NCBI RefSeq assembly: GCF_006345805.1
Contig: NC_042998.1
Span: 188,294,001-188,358,000, forward strand
DNA from: Octopus sinensis
Taxonomy: Eukaryota
DNA: 64,000 nucleotides
Direction: 5' to 3'
This document shows, piece after piece, positions 39,741 through 53,265 of this stretch (its first letter is position 1; every line of letters begins with the position of its first letter). A program made the translations under genes and the position numbers. Under the pieces are notes generated by a model. That model had not been told where the DNA came from. It worked only from the letters and a program-made list of their open reading frames with translations, and did not search any database.

Positions 39741-40956
39741 CACAACTACACCTGTATATGTCTTCTTTTTGCTCATCATCATAGTTTATGTTCTGCTTTA
39801 ACTGATCTATCTTTTACTGATTTTGGTCATTTTAATTACCGTCACTCCTAATTCATATTTGTAAACTGTGTTAGCATCGTAAATTATAGAATACAGATGT
39901 GGAGACGTGCTATAACCATTTGATAATCGGTAAACTGTAATATTAACCTTCTTTAAAGGTGGCATAATGATTTAGATTTTATACGAGAAGATGTGCTGTT
40001 CTGATGTTCATAACTTTGCCATGGCATAATAGAGCAAAAATCTTTTTCTAGGTGTTCGTATAGTTATGCCTTTCTTTTTAATACTTCTTTTACTTAATTC
40101 TCGAAAAAAGGGAGTGGCTTCTAGCTAGAAAGAAAATTTCGTATTCTAATTGTTTATATTTATTATTACAAAACGCTTAGTAATAGACTATTACATAAAC
40201 ACTTATTGATATTAATAACATAACCAAGTGCATCTCTGATTATGGACACCAATCAAAATTTATAATCTGGATAACGTAGTCGTAGATTTCGAAGCATTTT
40301 AGTATAAATGTTCCTTTTCTCACCTAGAAATGCAATAGAATGATCACGACCATTGGACCCGTGACGTTATATTATACTTGTATTTAGTGTATATTATACT
40401 TTTATACTTGCATTCATGGAAATGTTCCAGGGATAATTTTTGAACTGCAAGCATCAATAATAATTCTTATAGTTCTCCTAACCCAGTTTTTATCCATGAA
40501 TGACATTGTATATTGCTTTAAGTTGCCATATCGCTTATGGAGATGGTATCTTGAGGACTTGTTTAGGTAATTGCTAGCCACATGCGTAATGTTGTCTACA
40601 GTATGCGATATGACCAATATGTTTGTCTTCGTCTTGGTGTTGTCTCTTGTTTAACACATATTTAGTACCTATCTCTTGATCTTGGATTGCACAAACACAC
40701 CCTCAGAATGTCACGTGATGTAACGTTCACGGGTCAGGGAGAGGCTACACTTCCCATCGATGTGTGCGTCATTCTCATGTTTCAGGGATACATACCCACG
40801 CATAATTTCTCGCTGGTATGTAGAGTCCTCCTTCTTCATATCTATGTTTGTGTAAGAGTATATATACATACATACATACATACATACCTACATACATACA
40901 TACATACAAATATATATGTGTATATATATATATATATGTATATACATGTATGTATG

Positions 40957-41018
<62 letters not shown>

Positions 41019-41754
41019 AGTACATTCACACAGACACACAAATATATACAATTCAACCTGCATGTATACGTAAAAATAGGTGTCTGTATTTGTGGGTCAC
41101 ACATTTCAAATGACTGCGCATTTTAGAAACCAAAAATACGCAGAGAAGTAAAATACGAGAAAGTAACCCCATTGATTCATAGCTAGAAATATGTTGCCTT
41201 CTTGAGACTCCAGGAAAGATTTTAGCTTTAGAGGTAACATGAAGTATATCAGAATTACATGTTGCTAAGGACACTGAATGTGCAAGTAGTGTCTTGCTTG
41301 TAGTTTTATAAAAAGAACTACTGAAAGGCTATAACAGAATATGAATTGGTGATCATCAGTCTGCTGGTGAGCATCTATATACTTAGACATCTTTAACTGT
41401 TGATAATAATCTAATGTTCAGTAACCATAGTTTCTATTGGATATCGCACACAGATTTCCCATGACGGGAAAAAACCCGTGCAGCGTCTGTATTGCAAATG
41501 TTCGGGAAATATATGTTTTACTGTGGAGACATGACTTAACATTAATTGGTATTCCGATCGTTATCTCCACAATTTACAACAGAAGGTGTACGTGTGTATA
41601 TACATGCACACACACACACACACACATACACACACACACGCACACACACACAGGCACGCGCACACATATATACATATATGTATGTATCTACGCATGTATA
41701 TATATGCACGTGTGTGTGTGTATTTACGCAACATTGTCGACGTATGAATGAATG

Positions 41755-41820
<66 letters not shown>

Positions 41821-41926
41821 CATACATGTATATATATTATATATATAAATGGCGGTGCCCCAGCATGGCCACAGCTCATGAGCTGAAACTAGAATCAATC
41901 AATCAATCAATCAATCATATATATAA

Positions 41927-41958
<32 letters not shown>

Positions 41959-41996
41959 ACATACATACATACATACAATGTTATTCATGGATAAAA

Positions 41997-42152
41997 ACTG
42001 CATGGCAACTTGAGCAAGTGTCTTCTACCATAGCCGCGGGCCGACCAACGCCTTGTGAACGGATTTGTTAGACTGAAAATGAAAGACGCCCGTCGTAGTA
42101 TGTATTTGAATCTGTTTGTACCCCGTCACTGCTTGACAACCGGGGTTGGTAT
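41997..42152 (+). repeat. SINE B fragment, near-identical inverted copy of 39533-39688
   Basis: 3 mismatches in ~155 bp by manual alignment. Confidence 0.92.
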
Positions 42153-42883
42153 ATCTGTATGTATAGCGACAAAAGAAGGAGAGAAAGTTTGATAAAAGGT
42201 AACGAAGGAAGAAAATGTTTCATTGTGTATATCCTTAATTTACATGAAAGTAAGAACAAACAAGATAGTTGTATTTTTGGAGGGATCATAGCTAAGGAAA
42301 TTATATTCTGGCCGCGTTAATGTTGGTTGGCACCGCTAGAGTGAACAATAGTACTAGGAGATGCCGAAATCGTTGTGATCTGTAGTGGACATCTGAAGAA
42401 GGTATAGCCTCGCAATGCAAGAAGTATGAAAAATAGGAAAGACAATATGTATGTATATATATAGGTGCAGGCGATGTATATGCATACAAAGCGAAGAGGG
42501 AGCTGTGTAGTAAGAAGTGATTGCTTCCCAATACATACATACATACATACATACATACATACATACATACATACATACATACATACATACACACATACAT
42601 AAATGCGTAATATATATATATATTTAATATCATCTCATAGTGAAATTCACAAAGCTCCTCTACAGGTGTCGGTTACCATATGTTATTATACAGCAGAAAT
42701 TCTCCTTTTCCTGAATATACACGTGGAAATCCGTTATTGTAGAATTCATTAAAAAAAATATAGTACAAGATTGAATGAATAGGCTTTTATCCAAATCTAT
42801 AATTGCTTCTCTGCATCTGTATCAGCTGCTAACTGTCCAGTGTTTCAGATATTCTTCACATTATTTAATTGAAAAGATCCAGG

Positions 42884-42961
42884 AGTGGCTACGTATCTGC
42901 AAGTCTTCAGGTGAGTGGGTTCGAGAACAACTATCTGAAGACTTGCAGGTACACAGCTATT
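42884..42961. other. ~78-nt stem-loop with ~33 bp of pairing (pre-miRNA-like or fold-back relic)
   Basis: AGTGGCT-ac-GTATCTGCAAGTCTTCAGGTGAGT...ACTATCTGAAGACTTGCAGGTAC-ac-AGCTATT. Confidence 0.6.
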
Positions 42962-43098
42962 GTTGGATCACATCAATGCAATAATGTGTATATGCGAAAC
43001 ACGTATCAACTACCAGCTGATTTCGGTTAAAGCCTGTTTACGCCACCTTCTTGTACATTAATTTATATACATATATACATATATACATACATACATAC

Positions 43099-43140
<42 letters not shown>

Positions 43141-43227
43141 ATTTACAATGTGCATTTTTGTCTATTTTTCTTACTTTCCCCTTACATTATCACGTGCAGT
43201 TTCTGTTTTCTTTTTGTAAAATATTTC

Positions 43228-43261
<34 letters not shown>

Positions 43262-43959
43262 GCCTTCGTCTTTTGTTTATTTTCGTAAACCTTCCCGTTA
43301 TATATATATATTCACACACACACACACTACACACATACATGCACACACATATATAATTTGTTTTTAACATTCATTTACTATATTCGATCACTTCTTACTA
43401 ATCAGTTGTTTCACTTACGCCCACCGTACAATCATTTACTCTGTCAGTAACCAGCAAGGAACTTATTAAACTTTACATCCCACATTCTGTCTTCTGGCTT
43501 TTAATGGTAACCCATTGAAAATGAGAAGCAGGAAACAGAAAAGTTGAAGGAGGAGAGCGAGATTATTTCGTAACAATTGCAAAACAGAAATAATTTGAAA
43601 ATTAAAATAAGAAAAAAAAAATACCAATCATATTTCAGAAAGTATAGAAAATAATTTTTTATTTATCAACTCTGCAATTTTGTTTCTATTTGTTATCTTT
43701 TTTCTTTCTCTTTTCTTTTAGTTTTCCACATTTCTATTTTTTCCTGTCATCCACCCCCGTTATCATCTCTTGTGTCATATTGCAACTAGATTGCCAGTTC
43801 AAGGTATTCATTTGCACAAGAAAAATTAAATGAAAAACACACCTTGCTGAAATTTTTGTCATCTCTTCCAAAACAATATTAAAAACTGCGCACACTACAC
43901 AATGTCGTTAAACTACTGTGCAGTACTATTTTAATCTTCTTTTTCATTATTTTCATGAC

Positions 43960-44156
43960 TGTGTGGTTAGAGATTTGCTTCACGACCACATAGTTCCTGG
44001 TTCAGTCCCACTGCGTGACATCTTGAGCAATTGTTTTGTGTAATAGCTTCGGGCCGACCAGAGCCATGTGAGTAGACGGAAACTGAAAGAAGACCGTCGT
44101 ACGTAAACACACGTGCGCGCGCACACACACACACACACATATATACGACAGACTTC

Positions 44157-44187
<31 letters not shown>

Positions 44188-44515
44188 CGCCGGATTTATT
44201 TGTTTCCGTCTACCAAATATATGTATGTGTGTGTTTGTGTATGTGTCCGTATCTGTATGTGTCTTTGTGGTGCATGTGTTTGTCCACCCCCCGCTTGGTA
44301 GCCGGTGGTGTATGTGTCTGTCCACCCCCCGCTTGGTAGCCGGTGTTGGTGTTTATGTCCTCGTAACGTATCGGTTCGGCAAAACAGTGTGATAAAATAA
44401 GTACTAGGCTTAAAATATAAGTCCTGACGTCAATTCCTTCGACTAAAACCCTTCAAGGCGATGCTCCAGCATGGCTGCAGTCAAATAACTGAAACAAGTA
44501 AAAGAATAAAAGAAT
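43960..44515 (+). mobile_element. SINE family B with internal microsatellites and a short internal tandem duplication
   Basis: Head from 43960; gtccaccccccgcttggtagccggtg occurs twice (44282, 44319); tail aagtaaaagaataaaagaat. Confidence 0.85.
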
Positions 44516-44529
44516 ATTTAGCTGGTGAA

Positions 44530-44890
44530 TCCCTCAAAAATGGAAGAAGCTGGAATTAAAGGATACTGCATAATGCATCAAATGGAGAATATATTAATTT
44601 ATGCTATAAGTAACTCTTACAGGATAAGTTCTGGGAAGGAAGAGCTATTTTCATCATACTTTTGGCTATGGCGAAAGAGTGTATCTGGTGGATGCGTCTG
44701 AAAGGATTAGTGACAAACACTGTCCTCTGTGGTCAATCTCTCATCAACTTCTTCAAGTATCACTTGAAAAAGAAAGTGAGAGTAGAGAAGCAAGTTTTGT
44801 CTAGCGAATGTTTCAAAAAATGATGGGTGAATGTAGCAAGGATGGCACGTATGAACGACGAAGCCACCTTGAGCATAATCCTATGAACCC
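44530..44890 (+). mobile_element. L1/Tx1-like LINE ORF2 C-terminal fragment
   Basis: LAMAKECIWWMRLKGLVTNTVLCGQSLINFFKYHLKKKVRVEKQVLSSECFKK*WVNVARMARM resembles the AK..IW..R terminal region of L1/Tx1 ORF2 (recognition only). Confidence 0.6.
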
Positions 44891-45210
44891 GGAAAACTTG
44901 AAAACAGCGAGTTACTTACTTGCAAATAAATGTGTCAACATGTGACATTAATGACCGAGGCTACCGTGGTCTTTTCCGTAGGCTTTTCTTTCTATGGATA
45001 AACCTTATCTACTTCCCCCGTTACTCTTTAAATCATGACATATTGATCGTTTTTTCTTTTCTTTTTTTTTCCTTTCTACGATCCCTTTTGATCGAAAACC
45101 TACCCCACTTTTTTTTCTCCCTCAAAAGAAAAGCTCTACTTTGTAATTTGTCCCGTCTGTGCCCAGCCCTGTGTGGCTAATAAAGAAACATATTATATTC
45201 ATGCCTTCCT

Positions 45211-45250
<40 letters not shown>

Positions 45251-45278
45251 GTGTGTGTATATATATATATATATATAT

Positions 45279-45310
<32 letters not shown>

Positions 45311-46329
45311 CATACACCTATATACATGCTACGTGTTTGTACACACACATACATATATATCTCATCTGTGATTATACTGAAGAAGAAAGAAAATAATAAC
45401 TAATCTGAAAAATACCTAGAACAATGTGTAAGTCAACATTTGAATTTACGAATAGCAAAATATATTAAAAGAATTTCTTCATTGGCATGGCCGTGCCGGT
45501 TTGATTCGACACAAACAAGCAGACCCATCAAACTGTAGTTGTTTATAGTGATGTTCTTACTTAAGAGAATTTGTAAGTTCTTAATGGATCCATCTGTATT
45601 CTGTCTTTGTGCTGGAATGAATATTAACATGAATACATCAGAGCAAATGAACAATAGCTCACGGTGTTAATTCAGATAGTTTGGTATGGTTTTCCCGTTG
45701 CCCAACCCATATGCTCTCGCCATCCTAACCCCAAAAGGTCAAATTTGCTTTTGAAAATTCAATATGTGTTCATTGTTACAATGATTTGGATTTTGACTCA
45801 TTCTAATTTAGAATTGTCTGAGCCTCTTAGTAAAATTTGCAGGTATGTTTTTCCATACATACCAAATACTCGATTATGCTTAATTCCTTGAGTTAAAAAA
45901 GGATTTTTATATGCGTATTAAATAATCCGCACACAAAAAATTAATTTATCACTTTGCATTGCATATTTCCATAGGTATATGATTTTCTTTTCATGAATTC
46001 TTTAATTTTTATCTTTCAAAATGAAAATTTTATGTTCGATCCTCCCCAAAATACATATTAGCCACACAAATATGTCGAGCAATTAGTATAATTTCTAAAG
46101 TTCATTATTTTCAAATCCACTGCTAAATATAACAATTTCTAATTTCTGAGGTTTCTTTTTGAATTTAAAAAATGATTTACTTGTAAAATATAATCTATAA
46201 AAATAAAAAAACCCAGCATATTTGGTGACGCCTATTTTATAGTAAGCAATGTAATGCATCAATTTGTAGAGCTAAGAAATTAATATCTGCTGATTTTTAT
46301 TAACTTTCGTGTATCCTCTCTCTTTTCAG

Positions 46330-46569
46330 GCACACAAGCTGTTTATTTTGTTGAAAATCCATACGAGTCTGTAGTAACACATTTCAGTGTCGGACAAAAT
46401 GTGATTAAAGTCCAGCGCTTATTTAACATGACTGACAGTGAACCCATTCCACAAATGACCATTCAAAATATTTTGATAAATGCAGTTTATGAATTCTCAG
46501 ACGTAATTCGCTTCCACATTGACGGAGACGGATGGATTAATATCACTCATTTAAATCGAGCACAAGCAC
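46330..46569 (+). CDS. Internal coding exon (240 nt, phase 1-1) of a host gene; cadherin-like extracellular domain
   Basis: Acceptor tcctctctcttttcAG (46328-29), donor GTAAGT (46570). Open frame (G)TQAVYFVENPYESVVTHFSVGQNVIKVQ...FHIDGDGWINITHLNRAQA echoes the cadherin F..P.Y...V, G..V..V and F.ID...G.I..LDR patterns. Confidence 0.65.
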
Positions 46570-46824
46570 GTAAGTTAAAACTATTGATATCATCGAGTTT
46601 GGTAATTTTTTTTATTGAAATTGTAATGCATGCAGAATAAAAATTAATTGCACACTCATACACTTGCATCAACGTATACACAACATAAATGTCCAGGTAC
46701 AACACGCTTAATCCAAAACAAAGGAAATTGGCAAATTTTTTGCACATTTTCAGTAAAGCGAAATAAAATAATATGAATGCTTGATACTGAGCAACAAAAA
46801 ATCAATCAAGGTCATGCTCCTTGG

Positions 46825-47456
46825 CGACACAAAATATTACTACTGTATATTAGGATTTCAGACGAATAAGGCTTAAGTGCAAAGTTGAAGAACCAAAAAT
46901 TTCAAGATTGCATGGAAATGATTAGGAACATGAAGTTCATTGAGCATTTCGTGACCTAAAGGGATGGATTAAATATTGTACATACAATCAGATTTGTTAC
47001 TAAAACGAGATACGGACAACGAAATATATATTTCTTTACTATCCACAAGGGGCTAAACATAGAGGGGACAAACAAGGACAAACATAGGTATTAAGTCGAT
47101 TACATCGACCCCAGTGCGTAACTGGTACTTAAATTATCGACCCCGAAAAGATGAAAGGCAAAGTCGACCTCGGCGGAATTTGAACTCACAACGTAACGCA
47201 GACGAAATACCGCTAAGCATTTCGCCCGGCGGGCTAACGTTTCTGCCAGCTCGCCGCCTCGACACAAAATATTACTGCTGTATATTAGGATTTCAGACAA
47301 ATAAGGCTTAAGTTGAAGAACCAAAAATTTCAAGATTGCATGGAAATGATTAGGAAAACGAAATTCATTGAGCATTTCGTGACCTAAAGGGATGGATTAA
47401 ATATTGTACATACAATCAGGTTTGTTACTAAAACGAGATATTGACAACGAAATATA
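46825..47456. repeat. ~200-bp direct duplication (46825-47028, 47260-47456) bracketing a SINE
   Basis: Copies align end to end with one 7-bp indel and a few substitutions. Confidence 0.95.
47029..47259 (-). mobile_element. SINE family A, full length
   Basis: tatttctttact...ctgccagctcgccgcct. Confidence 0.93.
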
Positions 47457-48149
47457 ACCACACAATAACCAACTATAGAGTCGATGTTTTACAATCTGGC
47501 ACTACTACAGAGGTTAACATCCTCAATTGCTAACTTTCCACTTCCTGTTCATCTTGCTGCAAGGGTGAAATAGCTTACTGTTGTTCGCTGGACGTAATGC
47601 TGACATGTTTTTGTTAGAGTTCTCCTACTTTAAGTTTATCACCAGCACCTTCAGAATGAATTAGAAAACAAATATTAGTAAAAACGCATAACTCATCATA
47701 ATGATTACTTGAATAGTGATGTTTACTATGCTGAAGGCATGCAATGGGAAATATATGATAATGTTGAAGGTGTATTTGGTGTCTTATTTTGATATTTAGT
47801 ATGAAAGAGAGTATTGGTTTTAATTCTAAGCGATTCTTTAAAACTTGTGAGATTGCTGCAGTCACGGTCGGTAGAAAAGTATTGGCCAATAAGATGTTCC
47901 TAATTGTTCTTTAGAGAATTATTGCAAATAATTTGGTATAATATTAGAATGATTCACTGTAGCAGTTATAAAGGAAGAGGTTACGCAGAATTAACTGAGG
48001 TGGCACATTGCTTGATATTTCACAACAGCGTATCTGGGAGCAGACGTCAGTTTAACAAACCTATTAATTGACAAATATAAATACTTTCATCTAGTTATAA
48101 GTTTTAATTTTCAGTCAATATCTATTTAATTTCTGATAGGCACATTATG

Positions 48150-48620
48150 CTACTTAACCTAACACCATCATTTAACCAGCAGCGCTTTCATCGGTGTTCA
48201 CTCAATTACAAGCACTCAAACCAGACCGCACACATACAGGCCATTCGATTGACTGGAACCAAATCGCTCACAACTAATTTCACAATTTGGCTCACAGACA
48301 TGCAGTCTTCTTTACATGCCGTTCACATCGATACGCATGCAGTCCCTGTTCTTCTAAGCAAGCTCGACTTATTTCATCTCTCATCACCCAAGTTGTGCCA
48401 TGCCATATCCCTCGCGCGCTATATACAAGATTGCTATATACAGTCCTTTCTCCCCATTACATCAGTTCTCTTGAGTTCTCGTCTTATGCATGATTTCGTT
48501 CCAGTAGCTTTTAACTGCAGCTGTTCTAGGGTAACATTAAGAGCATTATTCTCACTGATCACAAAGGGCTCGAGAAAGCCATGGTACAGGCCCTTCCTCG
48601 AGACTATTCCTTCCCCACCA
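48150..48620 (-). mobile_element. Highly degenerate LINE (RTE-like) RT C-terminal fragment
   Basis: Weak resemblance to the RRL.WYGHV.RM...KKC region; many stops. Confidence 0.4.
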
Positions 48621-50145
48621 AAAATGCACTAATTTTTTTATGAATGAGTTAAAAACAAAAATGATGTTTGATACAGTGGACTGCGATATTGAGTCCAAAG
48701 TAAAAGCAGAGATATTCTTTCAGAATCATACATACCGTTAAAAAAAAAGAGAGAGAGAGAGGAAATATTGAATAATATAACTACACTTGACATATCGTTT
48801 GAAAAGATGGTTTGTTTTTGAGTTCTGCGCAATCAGAGCAACCCTGGACCTAAACATCAAAAACAGCGACACCTTAAAGAAAACAGTCAAAGTGTCCGGG
48901 GAAAACACAATTAAGAATACTCTGTTTCAATGTATTGTAAAACCTACCGCATCCCAATTTGTGTAAATATTGATGTATCTATGATATGAATAATATCAAG
49001 CGTTATATTGAAGTTAGGGGCCCAAGCGATCAGAGGCGATCTATAGAATTGAATTATACTGACCACATCCCTTTGATGAAAATGTCTTTGGAAGAAATCA
49101 AAAACTTTTGTTCTACAATATTTCCTTCAATTTCAGTCAGCTGTACATAGTTTTGTTATCTGTCAAGTGTGACAAACCTGAACATTTGAGACTGTTGCCA
49201 AACTGCAATTTTAAACATAGCGAGATGAAAATAGTTGTGAGAATATAGTTGAAAGGATTGTTTACGACGAAGAAAATAGATCGGTCTAGTTACAAAATTA
49301 GAATCATGTGGACCCCAACAGTAATAAGATAAGATTTTGATTTGAAAACAGCTAGGAAGCAAATAATTGAAACTGAAAATCTATCCTTCGTCTAGTGACA
49401 GTTAAAGTCGAAAGTTACTGCAGCAGATGGAGGGAAGGTCATTTAATCCGCGTATAAGAGAAATGACAGCAACAACAGGTTGAGACCACCTAACCCCAAG
49501 TTTTCCCAGGAGAAATAATAATCTTAAAAGTCACATACGTACACACACGTACATACATAGCCACATACACACACTTTTATTTGTTTCACTCATTTGACTA
49601 TAGTCATACTGTGATACCGCTTCGAGGTGTTTTGTTGAACAAATCAGCCTGGTAATTAATTTAAGTTATTCTACTGACTCTTTTTGCGGAACGTTTAAGT
49701 TACATACACGTAAACGAACCAAATGTGGTTGTGAAGCAGTATGGGTGAACAAAGACATACATATACACATATAGATGTGACGTATTTCCATACAGTTCCT
49801 TTCTACTATATTCACTCACAATGTGAATATTGGTCCGAGGTTTTAATAGAATCTACCTGCCGAATGAATCGCTCAACTCGAATTACGTGATGGCGAAACG
49901 AGGTTTGTAACCACGGAGCTACGCCAATACATACATACATACATACATACATACATACATACATACATACATACATACATACATACATACATACTACACA
50001 CACACGCTCGAAACTGATAATGATGGTGCGTTTTTTATATCTTATGTTGAGGCCTTTTAAATTATGCTTACTGTTTGTCTGTATACCGTAGTAATGGTCT
50101 ACCAACCTTACGTGCTAAGTTTTTTACTTGTCCATACAAGACTTA

Positions 50146-51370
50146 CGAGGTGATATCAAGAAGTTCACAGACAAGTTATGTTTAATAAAACATAACTTAT
50201 TTACCAAAGTTTTAACACCATCTCCTTCTAAATAGTCACCTTGCGCTGCAATACGCTGGTCCCAGTATTCTTGTCACTTTTGGGATCCGACTTGGAAGTC
50301 GTTTCCCGGGTGCGAGTCGAGGACCTTCTGCTATTCGCTCTGTATCCCGACGACGGTGTTAAAACGGCAACATTTGAGCTGCATTTTCATCTACGTGTAG
50401 AGACAGTACTAGATATGGCGAATAGATGTTGTTTGCGGTGAGAAACTCACGAGTAAGGAGAGCTCAGTGACAGGGGACATTGTGGTCGTGAAGAATCCAA
50501 TTCTTCACGAGCCACAGATCCAATCGCTTTTGCCGAATGCCCTCCCTCAAGCACTTTAAAACGTTACAGTAGAACTCTTGATTGACGGTTTGGCCCTGGG
50601 GGACGAATCCTTGTTGCACAATACCGCAAATGTAAAAGACGATGACAATGCTCTTGATTGAGCTGCAGCTCTGTTGTGCCTTCGGTCGTGGGGATGAATT
50701 GCTCTTCCATTGTGACAATTGATGCTTCGTCTCAGGGTCGTACCCGTCGAACCTACTCCCGTCACCGGTGATGATCCTCAACATGAGGGATGAGTCATCA
50801 GCGGCACGCTGACAGAGATCTTGATGGACTTCGACGTAACGTTCTTTCTGCTCACTGGTCAGAACGCGGGGGACAAACTTGTCAGAGACACACTTCAGTT
50901 CAGACGTCAAGATTGCCTGCACGGACCCATACGACAGACGAACAGCATCACAAATGTCGACGAGCTGATGAATTTCCTCCACATTTCCGGGGGTGGAAGG
51001 TCTTCTAGATTGCTCATCGTCTTTCAGGGAGGTTGTTTCGCTTTTGAAGCACCTGTGTTACTCGAAACATTGCGTACTACCCATAACCTCGCCGCCGTAA
51101 GCTTGCCGAAGTATGCTCATTGTCTCTGTAGCAGACTTCCCAAATTTAACGCAAAATTTCACGTTGGCTCTTTGTTCCAACTTCCTGTCTATGACAAAAT
51201 CACAAGTTACAGCATACACGTGGTCAGAAAAACACAATTTTCACGACTTGCGAAGTAAACACAACTATATCACTCTGCACACTGCCTCATGAATGTTACT
51301 GCTAGCTCTCACTGCGTACGCAACCATGTGGTCCCATCTATTGGCGGGCTATAAAACTTGCCCATCATCG
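50146..51370 (-). mobile_element. Near-full-length degenerate mariner (DD34D-type) transposon
   Basis: EQRANVKFCVKFGKSATET...KFVPRVL...IITGD...YDPETK...LHDHNVPCH...QRIAAQGDYLEGD. TA-CGAGGTGATATCAAGAAGTTC TIR at 50144; the other TIR is poorly preserved. Confidence 0.92.
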
Positions 51371-51689
51371 TCGTCGTCGTCATCATCATTTTACACACAC
51401 ATACACACTTGTTTATCTGCAAAGCTGCATAAGTGACTCAAGGTCCAAGAATTTGTGCGTTTAACTTACAAAATTTTTAAAGTCCAACACAAGACTCTCG
51501 GAGCACGAATCTCTTATGTGACTTTACATCTAAACACAAAAAATATATTCGCACTGAATGTTACACAACGGGATCGAGACCGAGACTGTGACTGCGAAGC
51601 GAACTTCTTAACAGGTGAGCTTTGCCTGCGTACATGTATGTATGTATGCATGTATGTATGTATGTACATACGTACCCCCCACGCACATG

Positions 51690-51790
51690 TCATAAGTCGA
51701 AGGCACTCGGATCTCAACAATCCATTAACCAGTCTTCTCCACGCTTCCCTGTCCATTACTTCTGTTACTATTTGTTTTTTTTTTAGTATA
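51690..51790 (-). mobile_element. RTE LINE extreme 3' fragment
   Basis: EVMDREAWRRLVNGLLRS. Confidence 0.65.
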
Positions 51791-52979
51791 TAAAATACAC
51801 TATAGATATGAGCTGTAGGCAACACTAACAACCAAACGAAATACTTTACCTCACTGCTGCATCTAGATTTAACATCAGATTTCCTACGTCATCTTGAACA
51901 ACTATGAATGAATACACAGCAATCGTTTTTACAGTCTGAATATGCTACTCTTCAGATCTAGACAACATCCTTCCAGAATTACTGAAACGAGTGAGACTGT
52001 CTCTCAAAACCCAGGTTTTCACATTGATCCTGGAAATACGGGATGAATACCAAGCTCGAAATGAATCTTAAGTTGCTGTTATTATCCCGCATCTGGAATG
52101 AATATGAAATTATTTCTAAATGTATTACCAACAAAAACTTTGATATTTATCAACCATTGAATGATGAAAATCTTAGGTGACTGCTAATAGATTTGATCTA
52201 AAGATCACCAGAAAGCAAGCATTTTCAAATGCTATGGAGTATCACTAGCTTGTGCGCTAAAGTTACAAAATATGGGATGCTTACTTCATGCGACATACAC
52301 ACGTACGCGTACATATATAACGTTTCTAAGTTTCTTGTATACCCCACATTCCAAATGTTTTGCGAAAACTGCTTCAAGTTATTGTCTTCAAGATCAATCG
52401 CATCAGCTGATTTAACCAACTTCCCATTTAGGGTGTGCCACAAATTACAATTATAGTGCGCGTTTGTTTATTTCCTATTTGGAATTTTGCTATCAACTCT
52501 TTCTTCCGGTATCAAGGCGTTTTTAAAGACTGCTTTTGCAATTTTTCGGCCACGAATGGACTTTGAGATTTAGCGGAGTCGTATTTGTAGATTAGATACA
52601 TTTAAAAGGAGGAATGCAAGTTGTTTATACACAAATTCTTCAGGATCTGTGAATGCCTACCGCTTGTTTCTTTAGCATATATTTATGCGTGTGTCACAGG
52701 ACTTATCTGTATCATAAAAGTACTGTTGGACGTTTTCGAAAACACAGATTATCTAAATGGCACACGAATGTACGCCCGCTCATATGTCCTTTGCTTTTCT
52801 TCTCTTTATCTTACAACTGTTTTTATATATGTTTCACATATGGGGTGATACACTACAAATAAATGCTTATGAATTCTCATTCATTACACGCGTTGTGTAT
52901 ATGCTTGTATGTGTATGTATATGGATGTGTATTTATAAATACACATACACTAATATACATGCACACACGCGGGCGCGCA

Positions 52980-53150
52980 TCTTTTATCTCTTACTTGTTT
53001 CACTCATTGGACTGCAGCCATGCTGGTTCACTGTCTTGAAGGACTTCTAGTCAAATGAATCAAATCCAGGACTTATTTACTCTTTAAGCCAGGAACTTAT
53101 TCTATTCTTTTGCTGAACCAGTTACGGGGACATAACGACACACACACACA

Positions 53151-53190
<40 letters not shown>

Positions 53191-53265
53191 GTATTTATAT
53201 ATATATATATATATATAATGAGCTTCTTTCTGTTTCCGTCTACGAAATCCATTCTCACATCCATA
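52980..53265 (-). mobile_element. SINE family B, partial
   Basis: Tail and core with internal (CA)n(TA)n. Confidence 0.8.

Noticed and set aside
52225-52470. LRR-like peptide IDLEDNNL...NLETLY with a GTAAGC donor on the minus strand
   Set aside because: No acceptor with a pyrimidine tract, an upstream in-frame stop, the second repeat lacks the conserved Asn, and the frame runs into microsatellite-like sequence.
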